Source: Neovahlkampfia damariscottae (taxonomy: Eukaryota). From it: DNA of 64,000 nucleotides. Where the stretch lies: assembly GCA_016618085.1 (NCBI GenBank), contig JABLTG010000101.1:1-64000 (forward strand), read 5' to 3'. The translations under genes and the position numbers were made by a program. Under the pieces are notes generated by a model that made no database searches, had not been told where the DNA came from, and worked only from the letters and a program-made list of their open reading frames with translations. Below are positions 11,355-25,700 of the stretch, one piece after another. Within the stretch, counting starts at the first letter, position 1. Each line of letters starts with the position of its first letter.

Positions 11355-14300
11355 TTATTTTTTATTTTCAATATTTTGTTCTGATGAAATTTCTTTAATG
11401 ATTCCAGGTAAAAATGATTCCAATTCTTTATTTGTCAATTCCCATAAATCTTGTTTTTCCTTCCAAATTTCTTGTGCATTCATCACTAATAAAATATTCT
11501 TCATTAATTCAAAAACTGGTTCAACTAAATATTCAAATTTAGATGATGCTTTCATAAATTTCAAAATTGATTTCCATAATTTCTCAAAATCATTATCTCC
11601 TGAAATATGATTCAAAATGTTTAAAAAAAATTTTGAAAATAAATTTAAGCATCTTAATTTTGTTTCAACAAAATCTTTGGATTCAATTTTCAATAATTCT
11701 TCAAGCATTATTGTTTGTGAATTGAAACATTGAATTATCCAATCAGTAGGTAATTCTAATATTTTTGAATCTAAACAAAATCTTGTTAAATGTAATAAGG
11801 AGAAATGACGAATTTCAACTTCAGGATGATATGAAAATTTAACAAATGCATTGATTATTGATACAAAAGAAAGTTTCCAAATTTCACTTGAATCAAAATT
11901 ACTAACTAATCTCTCATTCAAATTTCTAAGATATTCAATTGAATTTGTTGATTCATATGTTAAAAGTAATTTAACTGATGATTGAACATTTTCTGGAAAT
12001 TTAAATGATGGTGATGTGAATATTTCTTTAATTGTCTCAATTGATTTTTGTTTTGAGTCTTTTGAACTCATTCCTTGAACCAAAATTGAAAAAATTAATT
12101 CCCAAACTTGTTCATTTCTTTTTCAAAAATAAGTTGAAAATAATGATTTACTTGATCATTGTATTGCAAGTTGAAATAAAAACATTTGTACCTAAAATAG
12201 TTTGAGGTCTAAAATGTTTCAAAATTTGATGTGGTATTTGTTGAAGTAAAAGTAAAACTTGATATAAATTTGATTCAAGTGATTCAATAAACATCAAACG
12301 AATACATAATCTAAAAATAGAAATAATCACATGCTCCAATAAAACAAGTTGATCTTGACCTAATGTAAAAGTTGATTTTGATTTTTCATATTCTGTTAAA
12401 ATATGAGTTTTAATTAAATTCTTCAAATGATCATGAATATAATTCCAAATCAATATTGCTCTGTCTTTATTGGTGATGGTGATATCTGTTAATAAGTCCA
12501 AACAAAACATTTGAGAGAGATTATCATGTTCAGATTTTGAACTGCTTTTGAAAATTAAAGCTTTGATTAAATATTCAAGTGATGGTTCTCTGAGTAATTT
12601 TGCATCTTTCAATAAATCAGGAATATGACATCTTTCGATACATGTTTTTGCTTTATCTTCTGCAAGTTTAGTTTGTACTTCATCTTCTGCTGATGATCCA
12701 CCAAAAAATCCAAATAATGAAAAATTACCGGAGAATGAATTTGAATTTTTTCTTTGTTTTTTTTCTTCAACAACTTTTGTGTAATATTTTGCTTCTTCTG
12801 CAAATGATTCTGTCAATAAAACGTTTTTTGGTAATAATTTCAATTCATTCATTCGTAGAATTAAATCAAGAATCTTTTTCATTTTTAGAGTATAGTTTCT
12901 TACGTTTTTCCAACCTTCTCTTAAATTATCTCCATAATTTCTTGTAATACTGAATACTGTTTGTGATGCAACTTGTGCTTTTTTATTTTGTCCAAATTGT
13001 GAAACTGCATTTTCACTGTGACTTGATAAAGAATTTGTAAATTTGCACAATGAAATCTAAAAAGTTGAAAAAAAATCAAAATTTACGACTAAATTATCAA
13101 AAACATCAGATAATTTATATTGTGCTGCAATTTTTGAACAATCAACAAACCCAGTTTTCAAGTTTTCAATATTCTCAAAATCTTCTGTTGTTTCAAAAAC
13201 AACAGTAATGGCAGATATGAATTTCCCATAAATTTGTTGAAACATATAAGAATCTAAATGATATAAACTATTTTCATCATAAATGTGAGGATATTTTTTG
13301 ATGAAATTCTCAGAACGTTCTAATACATTTTCCCAAAGTGAATTTTCTTTAAAATCATCTTTATGAGTTGTTTCAAATTCAAATTTTCTGATTAACATTT
13401 CATTATATGCTCTTTCTAATTCATCTTTCGGAATCAATTTTTTGGTATGAATATTCACTGAACTTTCTGTATTTGAAATCCATTGTTCAAGGCTCATTTT
13501 ATTCTGAACAAAATTTTTTGTAAAAATGAATTTTTGTTTCTTACAACATTAGAAGGATTATGTAAATCTGAATTTAACATTAAAACTGCACATGCATAAA
13601 CCCAAGCAGCTTCATCATCTTCAAATAAATTTTGTGTTTCTTTATTATCATCAAAATATTTCTTTGCAAAGAATCTTGTAATTCTCTCAATTTGTTGACC
13701 TTCTCCAGTTAAATGAAAACTAAAAATCATATATCTCAAAGCAGTTTCAATACCCATATTTTTAAAATCAAAAGAATTCATATATGCTTCTAAAATTGGT
13801 GTATCTGCTTTCAAAATATCAGAAATTGAAGATTTTGAAATCCATTTTGAATATTTCTTCATAAATGAAGTAATTTCAGATGGCTTAGGTGGTGATGAAA
13901 CTAATTTTGAAGATGATAAATATTCAATTCCACTTTTATATTTTCCATTGAATAATTCACTTGCCATTAAATATTTTGTTTTTGATTCTTTAATTTTATA
14001 GAACTGTAATTGTTCTTCTTGTGACTTTGTAATCAGTTAGAAGTAAGTTTCAATTTTACCATTTTATTTTCTTGTTTTGAACGTTCTGATATTCCATACA
14101 TTATGTTTAATAAACATTGAAGTGAAAGTGTATGTCTAATATTCAAAGGTTCTCCTTCTTTGACTGGGAATGCATTTTTACTCAAAAATTTACACAAATT
14201 TTCAAAAATATTAAATGAATTCTCATTACAATCAAAATATTGATATAAATAAACTGGAAAATAGGAATCACGTGATATTTCTTGAAAATATTCTAAAACA

Positions 14301-15463
14301 ATTTCCTAAAATAAAAAAATTAAAAAAGACATCTTTTTTTCACTTGATGTTCATTTGATGAGTTTTTAGATTCAGCAATTTTCAAAAGTGAAATTATAAA
14401 ACTTTCAATTTGTTCATGCATATAAGGAGCAGCACAAAAAATTAAATTAAACATTGTTCTTAAAGTTTGATTAAAAACTAAAATATTTGATGTCATGGAA
14501 TTCTAAGAAAAATAAATTCAACAACAAAAAACTATTACTCTTAATAAAGCTCTTGATAAAATATTTGTTGAAAAATTCAAGATTTCTTTGAATTCTGAAA
14601 TTTTTGAGCCAACTATTTCCAAAGCAGTGTTGACTAATGTTAAACCAAGTAATCTAAGAGCAGCACTTTTACCATCTTTTTCAGGATCACATAATTTACA
14701 TAGAAATTCAAAAATTGAATCCATTGTTGAATAATCACCTTTTAAAACTCTTTTAAATGTTATTTGAGTTAATTTAATCAATGTATTTTCAGCAAATCTT
14801 CTTAACAATTCTTTTTAAAAAATTTAATTTTTTTTTTTTTTTTTTACCTGTTGGTCTTGTTTCTCTTCCAATTCTAAAACAACATTTAAAAACTTGTAAA
14901 ACATATTTTTCATCTAAAAGAGCACCTGCTTCACAATCCAAAGTACTAAGAAAAACTTCAAGTACTTTAACTAAAACAGCTTCGTCAGATTGTAAATCTT
15001 TTTTTAAAATGATTTTTTTGAATTTACCTGTAACTTCAAATTGAACCTGTTTGAGTGCGTCTATTATTTCTTGCATTATAACTTTCGCACCAACTGTTTT
15101 TATTGATATACATGGATGTTGAACAAATTTTTCAATTGAATTTAATGCTATTCCAGTTATAGGTCCTGTAATTTCTTCAGAACGAATAACTGTAAAGAAA
15201 GGTAATAAAATAGTCATTGTTTCAATAGATTCCCATCCATTTTTTGAAGAAACTAAGTTTTTTAATTCTTTAAGTTGTAACATTAAAGAACTTTCATTCA
15301 TTTTTGGTATTTCATATTGCTTTTTTGAATAGTTTAAAGAAAAAAAAAAATTTACGAATCTTGCTGAATTTGAGAATTTTTGAGTAGTTCTTAATGCTAC
15401 TATCAGACCATTAACTTCTGAAAGAACTATATTTCTCGAACTCAATCCTCCAGTAGTAGACAT
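11355..15463 (-). CDS. GBF1: GBF1/GNOM-type large Sec7 Arf-GEF (multi-exon)
   Basis: DCB motif PFFTVIRSEEITGPITGIAL, YFDCN, Sec7 FHLTGEGQQIERI and MLNSDLHNP, YGDNLREGWKN. Confidence 0.9.
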
Positions 15464-15532
15464 GATTATAACGTCGACGTGGAAAAAAATATCTAATTGG
15501 TTGAACAAAACACAAAGAAAAAAGGAAATTTA

Positions 15533-16899
15533 TTATTTACCAATTGGTTTATTTTCTTTTGCAATTTTTTCTTGTTTGGTTTTAATTAATGAAATTGAAG
15601 ATTGAACACTTTTAATTGAACTTTCATTCATTCCAATTTTTTTTTTGAATTCCATTTTTTCGAGCTCTAATGATTTGATTTTCCCTTCTAAAATGAAAAC
15701 TTTGAGTTCAGTTGAAAGATTTAAATGAATATTTGGATCTCCAAAAATAAAATCTTTTCCAAAAATTTCATTTGCCAATACAACTCCATAAATGTTATGA
15801 TGTTCTCTAAGTAAATGTTTAATCCCATAAAACACAAGATGAGCAGTTGTAACATAAACAGAATTTGAACATGTTATTCTACCAGATACAGATTTTCCTT
15901 TTCTATTGGATAATCTCCCAAAAATTTCATAATACCCATTTTTCATATCTTCATCTTTTGGACGAGTTTTAAACAAAACAATCATTAAATTTGTGATCCA
16001 TTGAACACCAGGTATAAAATTCCACATGAATTGCATCATCCAACGAATGAGAAAAATCATTTGAAAGCATCTCCAAATCCATCTTGTTCCTGTCATGTAT
16101 GTGGTGATATTTTCAATATTTGTGGTGTGATAACAAGTTGATATTTCAGCATATGGAACATTTTCACAATTTTGAATACCATCATCAAATTCAATTTCTT
16201 TTCTTTCAAATGATCCTTTTGTGATTTTGCCATCCTTTCTGATCATATTTTTTTTGAAAAATGTATGAAAGATACTTTGAACTGTTGAAGGTGAAATTTT
16301 TGATTCATGTGATGATTTTGCTAATTCCAATGTATTTCCATCTTTCATGTGTGTTTTTAAAGTTATTGCCAATGTATCACTCAAACAAGAAATTCCACAA
16401 CCCTAATTTGAAAATGTTATATTGAAACTATAATTTTACAGGAATAATTGAGATATTCTTGTGTTTAGCTGTGTTATTCAATTCTTCATCTTTAAGTAAA
16501 TCTTCAATTTCTTCATAATCTCCTGTAAAATCAATGTATGAAATTCCATTTCTTGCGCAAGCATCAACTAACACTCTGTATGTTTTAAAAAGTGGTCCTG
16601 CACAATTACAAAGCACTCTAATATCTGAATCTATTAATATTTTATCAATTTCTTTTGATGAATCCTGAACTCCAAAAATAACAGGTTCAAGAAAGTCTGT
16701 GAATTCACTCTTTTCTTTGTCTCTTAAATCTTGAAGTAAATTTTCAACATTTTTTTTATTTCTTCCAGCAAGAATACATTGTTGACCCATGTGATTCTGT
16801 TGTACTGTTTCTGCAACTTTTCTTCCAACAGTACCAGTGCAACCTTTTGTTTCAGTTTCAATTTTTTTTCTTACCATAAACCATAAATCTCTTAACCAT
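15533..16899 (-). CDS. Saccharopine dehydrogenase-like oxidoreductase
   Basis: VYGCTGTVG Rossmann motif, LAGRN, NCAGP, LVDACARNGISYIDFTGD. Confidence 0.85.
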
Positions 16900-17033
16900 A
16901 TTCTTATTTTTTTATTTTTCAGTTGATCTCTTGAGATCTTCCAATCATGTTTTATTCTTTCCTAAACTTCTTCCTGAGGATGAATCAAAAACGATTTCAT
17001 TGGTGGGAGATTTTACAACCAATCATTTAATTT

Positions 17034-18186
17034 ATGACCAAAACACGACAAACACAGAGCAATAGGAGAAATATTTTCGGTTATGAAATCGGAACTACCA
17101 GAGATTTCAAATTTACCATACTTGCGTATTTATTATTAATTGGACCAACAGTAGGTTATCTCATAGGAATGTAAGTCTCAAAAAAATCACATTTTGACAC
17201 TTATTGGAAGGATACCAGCTTTTTTATTTTTTGTTCCATTTTATATTGTTGTACCTTTGGTGGTTGTTCAAGTTTCTTTCACTTGTTTATTCTATTATTT
17301 TTTATTCAAAACAACCTTCACAAACCCTGGAGTTATTTCAGCAAATTATAAAGATTTGGAAGATGTTATCACTGATGATATCAAAATTGAAAAAGAAAAA
17401 TTATCCGATGATGAAAGTAGCAGTGGTGGAACAACTTCAGATGAAGAATCTGAGAAACTTGAATTCATTCATGATGGAGTTACAATGAAACATTGTAAAA
17501 CATGTCATATTGATAGACCACCAAGAGCATCTCACTGCTCAAGATGCAATGCTTGTATAGAAGAATTTGATCGTAAAAAAAAACATCACAATTAATCATT
17601 TTTAGATCATTGTCCATGGACGTAAGAACAATTCATTATTTAAAACAGAAATTAGTGGGAATTGTATTGGAAAAGGGTAAGTTTGTTTTTCAAGTTAAAA
17701 ACGTTCAGAAATTATAGGTTTGATTTTTTTTGTTTTCACAATTTTTGACAAGATTTTTTGTTAGTTTTGTAAATTCAACAATAATTTCATCTTTTGTGAA
17801 TATATTACAAGCTTTTTTATTGTTGCTTTGGCTACCTTTCAATTGTTTTTATCTGTAAAAAAAAAAAAATTCAATTTTTTGTTTAGTCAAAAATGCTCTG
17901 AAAATTATCAATTTTTCTTCATGACTTTTGGTTTATTAGCATGGTAAGTAACTAAAAAGAAAGTATTTAAAACTCTTCAAGTATTTATGTGTTAATTTAT
18001 TCGTGGATTGTCTCAATGATTTTGTCGCCATTGACTATTTTTCATTGGACCTTGATTTTTAGAAATAAAACAACCTATGAATCAATTAAACTTCGAAAAC
18101 AACAAAAAAAGAAAAAAAAAAAAAATCGAAAAAACTTCACTAAAAATTTTTTCAAAAAATTTTGCTCTAAAGCACCAACCGAATAA
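17034..18186 (+). CDS. DHHC palmitoyltransferase (multi-exon, with micro-exons)
   Basis: [44 protein letters not shown] assembled across small exons, plus NKTTYE motif. Confidence 0.92.
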
Positions 18187-18426
18187 TATGTTTTTTTCGA
18201 TTTTTTTTGTCACTTTGAATTCAAGACAAAATAAAATCAAAGCATCACACAACTCAAAGATCCTTATTGATAAGTGACAGATAAGGTGAAACCAGAACAA
18301 TTCATAAAAAGTGTTTCAAAATTCAACCAGGTAATGAAGAAATGCGTTGTTTCATAGATGGGAACTAAAACAAAAAATATTAATATAGGTTTAAAGAATT
18401 TATTAAAAAAAATGATTAAATAATAA

Positions 18427-19230
18427 ATGGTTACTTTTGCAGATATTCCCAAAGATGTTGTTAAACATGTGACATTACCTTGGAGAAGTGAAATATGTAA
18501 ATATTATTTCAGAAAATACAGAAATCAAGTTGTACATCAAATTTATAACTGGTCATACAGAATAGGGTTCACACTTCAAAATTATACATATTATTAAATA
18601 AAAGAATATTGTTGAGACAATGATTTTTAATGTACATGATTTTAATGCTTATTATACAGACATCAATTCTGAAGATTTTTTTAATAGTTGATATCAACTC
18701 TAGAATATGGTTCATATCCGATTGTTAGTGTTGATATCAATGGTGAATATGATTTTTCAATGGAACAATGGGTTAGAAATGGAAGACATTTAACTGTAGA
18801 TGGTAAAGGGGTTTGTGATTGTATTATCCAATTTTCATATGAAGAGGCAGCACTTGCAGGATTAGTTGTAAGAACAAGATCAAATTATATAAAATTTGGT
18901 GATCTTTCAAAAGAAGAAGCAATGAATTAACAAGAGTTGGTGTTTTGGATAAAGTTGTGCAAGGAAAAAAAGATCAATACTTATATGAAACAGAAATTGA
19001 TATGGAATTTGTTTTCAAGAACAAAAAGTATGTTGGAATTCAAAAAGAAATTGGGAAGGAAAATTGAAAAAAGTTGTGGAAATAATGGAAAAACTTTGAA
19101 TTGAAGAAACAACAGTATTTTTTCAGCATCTACTTTTTACAATGAAAGTTTTAGTTGTTGATTTAGAAGATTTTACAGTTTCTTTTGATTCAGAATTTGT
19201 AAAAGACAAAATTAAAAAACTTGAATAAAT
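18427..19230 (+). pseudogene. Possible decayed gene fragments
   Basis: Coding-like composition and an F-box-like start (FADIPKDVVKHV), but stops and frameshifts without clear introns. Confidence 0.25.
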
Positions 19231-19676
19231 TAAATTTTATTTTTGCTTCAATCAAATTTTTTCTGAAATTCTACCACCAAAAATTTCCACCGAAGATTTT
19301 GGTGGTGGTGGGAATGGTGGAGTGGGAGATAAGAGTTGTGCTATTTTAATTATTTAAAAATATTTTTTGAGTTTAAATAATGACTTGAGTTTCAATCTCA
19401 AATTTGAAAAATCGTTTAAACAATCTCTGATTTTTACACATTTAAAGATCAAAAAAGCAGAAATGAATTATATATTTTTGATAAAGTGCTGAGAGCTTTT
19501 TGAGAGTAAAAATAATTTTTTATTCTGTCAATCTCGGCGAAATGTATTTTTGAGGAAACGGAAAATTTAAGTTGCTGGAGGGTTTGCAGGTGTAATTTAT
19601 GGACTAGAGCTTAGGGCTTTCCACCTGCCATGGGTTTTCATTATTATCCCAACAAAATATTAAAATTCAGAAATAT

Positions 19677-20909
19677 TTATTTGCTGATAAATATTAAAAG
19701 ATCTTTCACAAAACCTTCCATTTCTAACACTCTTTTCAAAACATCATCATCTGAAAGTGATTCTTGGTCCTTCTTTAATTCTTCAATTTCTTTATTGAAG
19801 ATTTGAATTTCGAGTCTAAAATTAATATCATCCATAAAAACCTTATTGACAAAGATTTTATATTCATCATTTGAAAAAAGATTTGACTGCTGATCTCTGA
19901 TTGAAGAAAAACTTAAATTTTTCAAACCTAAACTTTCCAAATCAGAAGAAGTCACATTTTTTGTTTTCTTTGTAAATTCAATTATTTTTTTAATATCATC
20001 TCTTTCAATATCATATTTTTCAGTTGTATGATAAAATAATCGATAATCAAATTTCAAATTTGGTTGTTGCAAAAAATTGATGAAGAAATGCATAGTTTTG
20101 TTGGTAAAGCAGGACACATCATATTTATCATCCTTCAAGAATTCAATAATTAGATTACATCTTTGTTGTTTTTCTTTTTCAACAAAATGAATGGAGCACC
20201 AATGATTCTGTTGAACACTGAAATTGTTGTTGATGAGGAATTTTTTAATTTTTTCAAAGGATGATTCATCAACAACCGCTTGATATTTACATTTGAAATC
20301 TTCTTTATGTCCAATTTTTGAATTCATGAATGTTGGTAAATCGATCGTTTCCTTGAATCTTTTCTTTGATTCATAAAATGTAGTGGAACCAATTGAAAAT
20401 CCAAATGAATTGAATTTCGATTGTTTTGATTCTTTCATTACTATACTGGTCACTTCTTTTAATATTCTATTCTTTTCTTCTTTTTGAAAGAAGTTTCTTT
20501 TTTCTTCTGCAATTTTGATTTGATCAACATTGAATTTTTTTGTTTCTGAATCTTTTGTGATAAAACTTGGAACATAAAAAGTTTTTTTAACATTCATATC
20601 ATCTGTAGTCCCAGTAAATGTCTTAAATTTTACAATAGTCTTGTCGTAAAGCTTTGATGATTCAATGATGTTGTATGCTTTTTCAGGATGTGCATATACT
20701 TTGATATGATTGTTTACTACTTCAGCTATGAGTTTTTTTGCTGTAGAAATTTGTTGAATTGTTCCTGTTAATGAAACTTCAGACTTTCCTTTTTCTATTT
20801 TGCAAACAGAGACCCCAGATTCTTGTTTAATGCTTTTGATTTTTGCTCCACCTTTACCAATGATTGATCCAATTGCTTCAGGTGGAAATGGTACTGTTGT
20901 TCTGTTCAT
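19677..20909 (-). CDS. KH-domain protein, intronless
   Basis: N-terminal IGSIIGKGGAKIKSIKQESG KH signature. Confidence 0.85.
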   Translation of the reverse strand: MNRTTVPFPPEAIGSIIGKGGAKIKSIKQESGVSVCKIEKGKSEVSLTGTIQQISTAKKLIAEVVNNHIKVYAHPEKAYNIIESSKLYDKTIVKFKTFTGTTDDMNVKKTFYVPSFITKDSETKKFNVDQIKIAEEKRNFFQKEEKNRILKEVTSIVMKESKQSKFNSFGFSIGSTTFYESKKRFKETIDLPTFMNSKIGHKEDFKCKYQAVVDESSFEKIKKFLINNNFSVQQNHWCSIHFVEKEKQQRCNLIIEFLKDDKYDVSCFTNKTMHFFINFLQQPNLKFDYRLFYHTTEKYDIERDDIKKIIEFTKKTKNVTSSDLESLGLKNLSFSSIRDQQSNLFSNDEYKIFVNKVFMDDINFRLEIQIFNKEIEELKKDQESLSDDDVLKRVLEMEGFVKDLLIFISK

Positions 20910-21414
20910 GATGTTTGTTTGAAATTTGACCAATTGAAGAATGAATTTATAAATGACTTGTTGGAAATTTCCACAACTTGGAAATTTCCAAATAATTCTT
21001 CAATTTCAAATTGAAGTGGAAATTAATTCTGAAACAAATTTTCAAACATAATACAGTTCCATGGGAATTGATGTGTTAGTGTTGCCATTTCATTTATTAT
21101 GTTGTGGAGATTTTTTGTTGAAAAAGTTGATTGGTCAAAATACTTGTCGATGTGATTTGTTTGATCTCTAAAAGAAATTTTCAATTAAAATCTTTGTTTT
21201 TAGTTATGGAAAATATGGCTTATGAAGCATTTGAAACATGGATTGAAAATAATTTTTCTTTAGGAAAAGCTATAGTTTTCAAAAGAGAAAACACCCGATT
21301 TTTTGATTACTATTTCTTTAAAAAATTAAATTCAACACAAAAAAAAGAAATTTGTAAAAAAGTAAGGTTGTTAAGTGAAACTGCTAACTTTCATTAAATA
21401 AATAATTTGTGTGT

Positions 21415-21769
21415 TTAAAGTACTTCTTTTTTCCATCTTTCTATAGCTTGATTCAATTGATCAAAATTGTTTTTCAATTCTTTTCTTAATTTTTCGTCGT
21501 TTGAATTTTCCTGTGAATTTAAAATTTTTGATTCACTTTTTTGAAATTCTTTTCTTCTTTCAAGTTCATATTTCAATTTGTCAATTTGTTCATCCATTTC
21601 TTTTGAAGAATTTAATTTTTTCTTTTTTTTTTTTACCTGCTGAATCCAGTTTCATTTTTTCAACATGTGATAAATATTTTTCTCGTACATTTTTTTCTAA
21701 TTCTTCTTGTTCAGTAAGACTTTCTTGTAAAGATTCAATTTGTTGTGTTAACTTTTCCGTTGTGGTCAT
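21415..21769 (-). CDS. Small coiled-coil protein (2 exons)
   Basis: Two Glu/Lys-rich ORFs joined by a short GT-AG intron near 21600-21636. Confidence 0.55.
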
Positions 21770-21893
21770 CAATCAGAGGATAATGTAATCATTGGTGGAA
21801 TATCACCTGACCAATGAATGTATTTTATTTTATTTTTCCGAAAAAGCACCATTTCGTTATAAAAATGATATCAACAGTGATAGATACGAAAAT

Positions 21894-22372
21894 TTATTTT
21901 ATAAACTGTTGCGCATGTGAAATAACTTGAATTCTGGATCTTGTTTTTACATATTCTTTAGCGATTTGAGCCCATTGTCTTCCACAAGCCTTAAATCCTT
22001 TTAAAAAGTTCTCATGTTCTTCTGTTGACCAATGTCCATCTATTAGGTTTAGAAAATGGTTTTTTTGTTCTTACTATTAAATTGACTTTGTTTCTTGGAT
22101 TTCATCAAATGTTGTGGTTTTTGTATAGCAGTGTTTGTTTTGGTTTTTGAGTTGTTTTCCTTCAGGTTTTGTGTATTTTCAAAGCGTTTGAGAATGCTGT
22201 TGTTGTCTTTTAAAGGTGTGTACAGTGGAGAAGCAAAGTGATTTGATTTAAACGAAGCTCTGAATGATTGAGGCATGAATTTGTAGTTGTGGTAGTGATC
22301 ATTGAATAAATTTACAGATGGAAAAGCAGGTGGTGCTGGTTCAATTTTTGGTTCAAGACAAGTGAGCTTCAT
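21894..22372 (-). CDS. SHAQKYF-class Myb transcription factor (2 exons)
   Basis: Exon 2 reads GHWSTEEHENFLKGFKACGRQWAQIAKEYVKTRSRIQVISHAQQF. Confidence 0.88.
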
Positions 22373-22783
22373 GTTTGTTGTGTTGGAAGTTTGTAGTGGA
22401 AAGTCTGAAGATGAATGTGATTGATTAATTTATTTTTGGAACATTTCGAACAATCAGGAAATTATAATTTCCAAAAATTGATCGGAGTTTTTCAAACCTT
22501 CCTAATTTGGAACTTTTTTAAAAATCAAGTCGTGAAGAATATCAATATGATCCAAAAGCCAGTAATGTTTTCAAGATCTGTCGCAAGCATATTTTCAAAC
22601 TACAGCATTCTTCAAATTTGATACTTTTATTCACCACAATCAGACCATAAGAAAACAACTTAATTGGTAGGTTCCAAAAAAGGGTAAAAACATTCCTCTC
22701 CAAATTGATATTTTCCGAAGACAAATTTAAACACAAAAATGATTAAAATTCACATAAAAAATTTGTTTATTGAAAATAGAAAT

Positions 22784-25700
22784 TTAGTTGGTCAAGAAAA
22801 GAATCAATATAATATTGCATTTCAGCAGGAGATTCAAAAGATGATTTCTTGAAAATTTTACATAAATCACTTTTTTGGTTATCATTCAAATTGAATTCAC
22901 TTAAATACATAACAATAAACTAAAGATTTAAAATATCAACAAATAACAATACCTTTTCTAAAATCATAGAATTTGTTGAAATGATATCATAAATAGTTTC
23001 CAATACTTCTTGTTTGACTAACGTTTTTTTTTGAATCATTTGAAAAAATACTTTCAAAAAATTAAAACATAAATTTCCATTGAAAAAAGCTGGTTTTTTA
23101 TAAAAATCTTTCATATTTTTTAATCTTTCAAAGTAACTCAAATTCTTTCTTAAAATCACAATTTCTTCTGATTTGAATGAATTTAAATAACAATCCATAA
23201 TAAAATTGAAATGCGCTAATGTTTCTTGCGTATTTGGCTCATTATTTTGAGCAAAGAAATATCTCCAACGAAATGTTATCAAATTGAAGAGCATATCATA
23301 GTAAATCTCTTGAATATCAATTGATTCATTTTTCAATTGAAGAATCAAAGGGTAAATAACTTCTTTACTAATTCCAATAATTGATGGAATTAATGTATAA
23401 AATTTTTGACTTCCTTCCATTGATAAAGATAATAATAAATTCAAAAATGAAATAACAATTTTTTTACCTGAAATTGAATTCATAATCTTATTCAATGTTT
23501 CAGTTGTAAATACTTCAATAAAAGTTTGAACTGTTTTTTCAACGAACTCAATTCCAACTTGTGATTTTAAAGACTTAAATATTGAAGAAAGAAAATTGAA
23601 TAAAGAATCTAACATATCTGGATTGTTGATGTAAATTTTAAACATTTCTAAAATAGTTGAGATGACATCTTTTGTTGATTCATATACAACTTGTTTAATT
23701 TGAACAGGATCATTTTCAACATCCAAAATAAAACTTGAAAGTATTTGTAATTCTTTCACTAAAATTTGATTTGCTTTTGAAAGAAATTAGTCTAAAACAA
23801 TTTCAGTTACTTGAATTATTTAAATATCCTTTTGATGAAATGAAATTTGAATCTTGTAATATTTTCATATAAGGAGAAGAAACACCTTTCACAAATTCAA
23901 TATATTTCATATTGATTTGTTGATCTTTTCTGATTAAAAGAGTATGATGAATTGACAAATAAATTTTTGAAATAATTTGAGAGTCATATGAATTTGAGTT
24001 TTTCATTTGATGAATATTTTGATATAACAATTGAAATGCTTTCAAATCAAGAATAAAAGGTAATTTGATTGAATAACAAATTTTGAAAAATAAATTTTGT
24101 GCTGCAATTGATATTTTTTGTGGAACATCAGGAGAAGTAACTGTTAAAATTGTTGATTCTGTAATGGACTCAATCAGTTTTTTGAAATTTTCATTTTCAA
24201 AATTATTTGAATTTGACATCCAAACAACAAACATTTGAAGTGTTGTATAACACTCTGTAATCAAATTTTGATATAAATTTCCTCGAAGATACAATTTTTG
24301 ATTCATAGAAAATTTTGATAATTCAACGAATAATTGAATCAATTCTAAAGGTGGCTTGACATCTGAAATACCAGAAAAGAAAATTTCTGATAATCCTGAA
24401 TAAATTCTAACAATAACTGTCAAATCTCTGCAAACAATAAAATCATTTCTTTCTTTGTCATTCATACTTCCTATGGATTTGTTTAAATTCTCATAAGATG
24501 ATGATTGAAACATTTTTATGATATTTGATGATCTTTCATCAATAATTTGAATTGTTTCTTTTGGTAAAAAATCAGCAATGGAAGATAAAAGATTTAAACA
24601 GAATGAGAGATAATGATCGAATTCTGTTTCTCCTTTTTGATCTTGTTTTGTGTCATCTATTGTTGAAAAGTAATTGAAGCCCATTGAAGAAATTTGAGTT
24701 CTTTTGAAAACTAAATTTTAAAATTAATTCTTTTTTTATTCACCTTGCGCTGCCAAAATCACTATTGCTTCTCTGTATTTATTTTGTGCAAATTCAAGTT
24801 CTTTTGTAGTTTTTTCGCCTGTTTGATAACCTAAGAAATTTGACCAAACTTCAAGAACACTTGAAAAATCCTTAAAAAAAATTAATAAAAATCTTTAAAT
24901 TCTTTTACTTCTGGTTCTTTTAATTGAACGGTATATTGATAAAGAAGGGTCAAAAAAGTGGTATTTGGATAGTTGTCTTTGAATTCAATCAAAGGAAATT
25001 GATATTCAACAAACTGATACAACGTAAACAAGAATTTTGTTTTGAACCTTTTCAAAATTTGAACAATATCAAAAAAAACTTACTCATCGTCTAAATCTGA
25101 AATATCATTCATCTCAGTAATATTCTTCAATAATTGAATAATTAAATTCATTATTAATAAAAGTGAATCTTGGTTCTCACTTGCAATGAACGAGAATTCT
25201 AATACTTCATTCACACAATCAATAGCTAAATTTCGAACTTCTATTTTTGAATCATTCATCAAGCAGTATTGAATAATAATCATCAAAATATCTTTGCTTA
25301 AACAGTCTCTTGAAGGAATCCAAGTAAATAAACCTTTAACGCATTCTGAAAAGAAAATTAATTTTTTTTTTCAAACCTAATGCAAGACATGCTACTGAGT
25401 ATAATCTTTCATTTTGAAAAAATTTTGGGTTTTTTGAATGTTCTGAATATAAAGAACCTAATAATTGCATCAAAAATTGTAAAACTTTCACAGCAGAACT
25501 TGAAAAAGCCATTGTTAAATTATCTTGAACAGTTTGAGGTAAATCAGTTTTTGATAAAGAAGAAAATTCTTCACAAGTCATTTTAATCATTGAAATTCCA
25601 AGAATCATTGTGTCTTCTTTCTAAAAAAAATATTGAAAAAAAAATCATTTTTTACTTGACATAACTGAAACAATTGCTGTAAATAATCAGGATTCTCATT

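Noticed and set aside
21131..22736. Short ORFs 21131-21397, 22421-22621 and 22542-22736
   Set aside because: Non-ATG starts, no motifs, and they lie in intergenic or promoter DNA.
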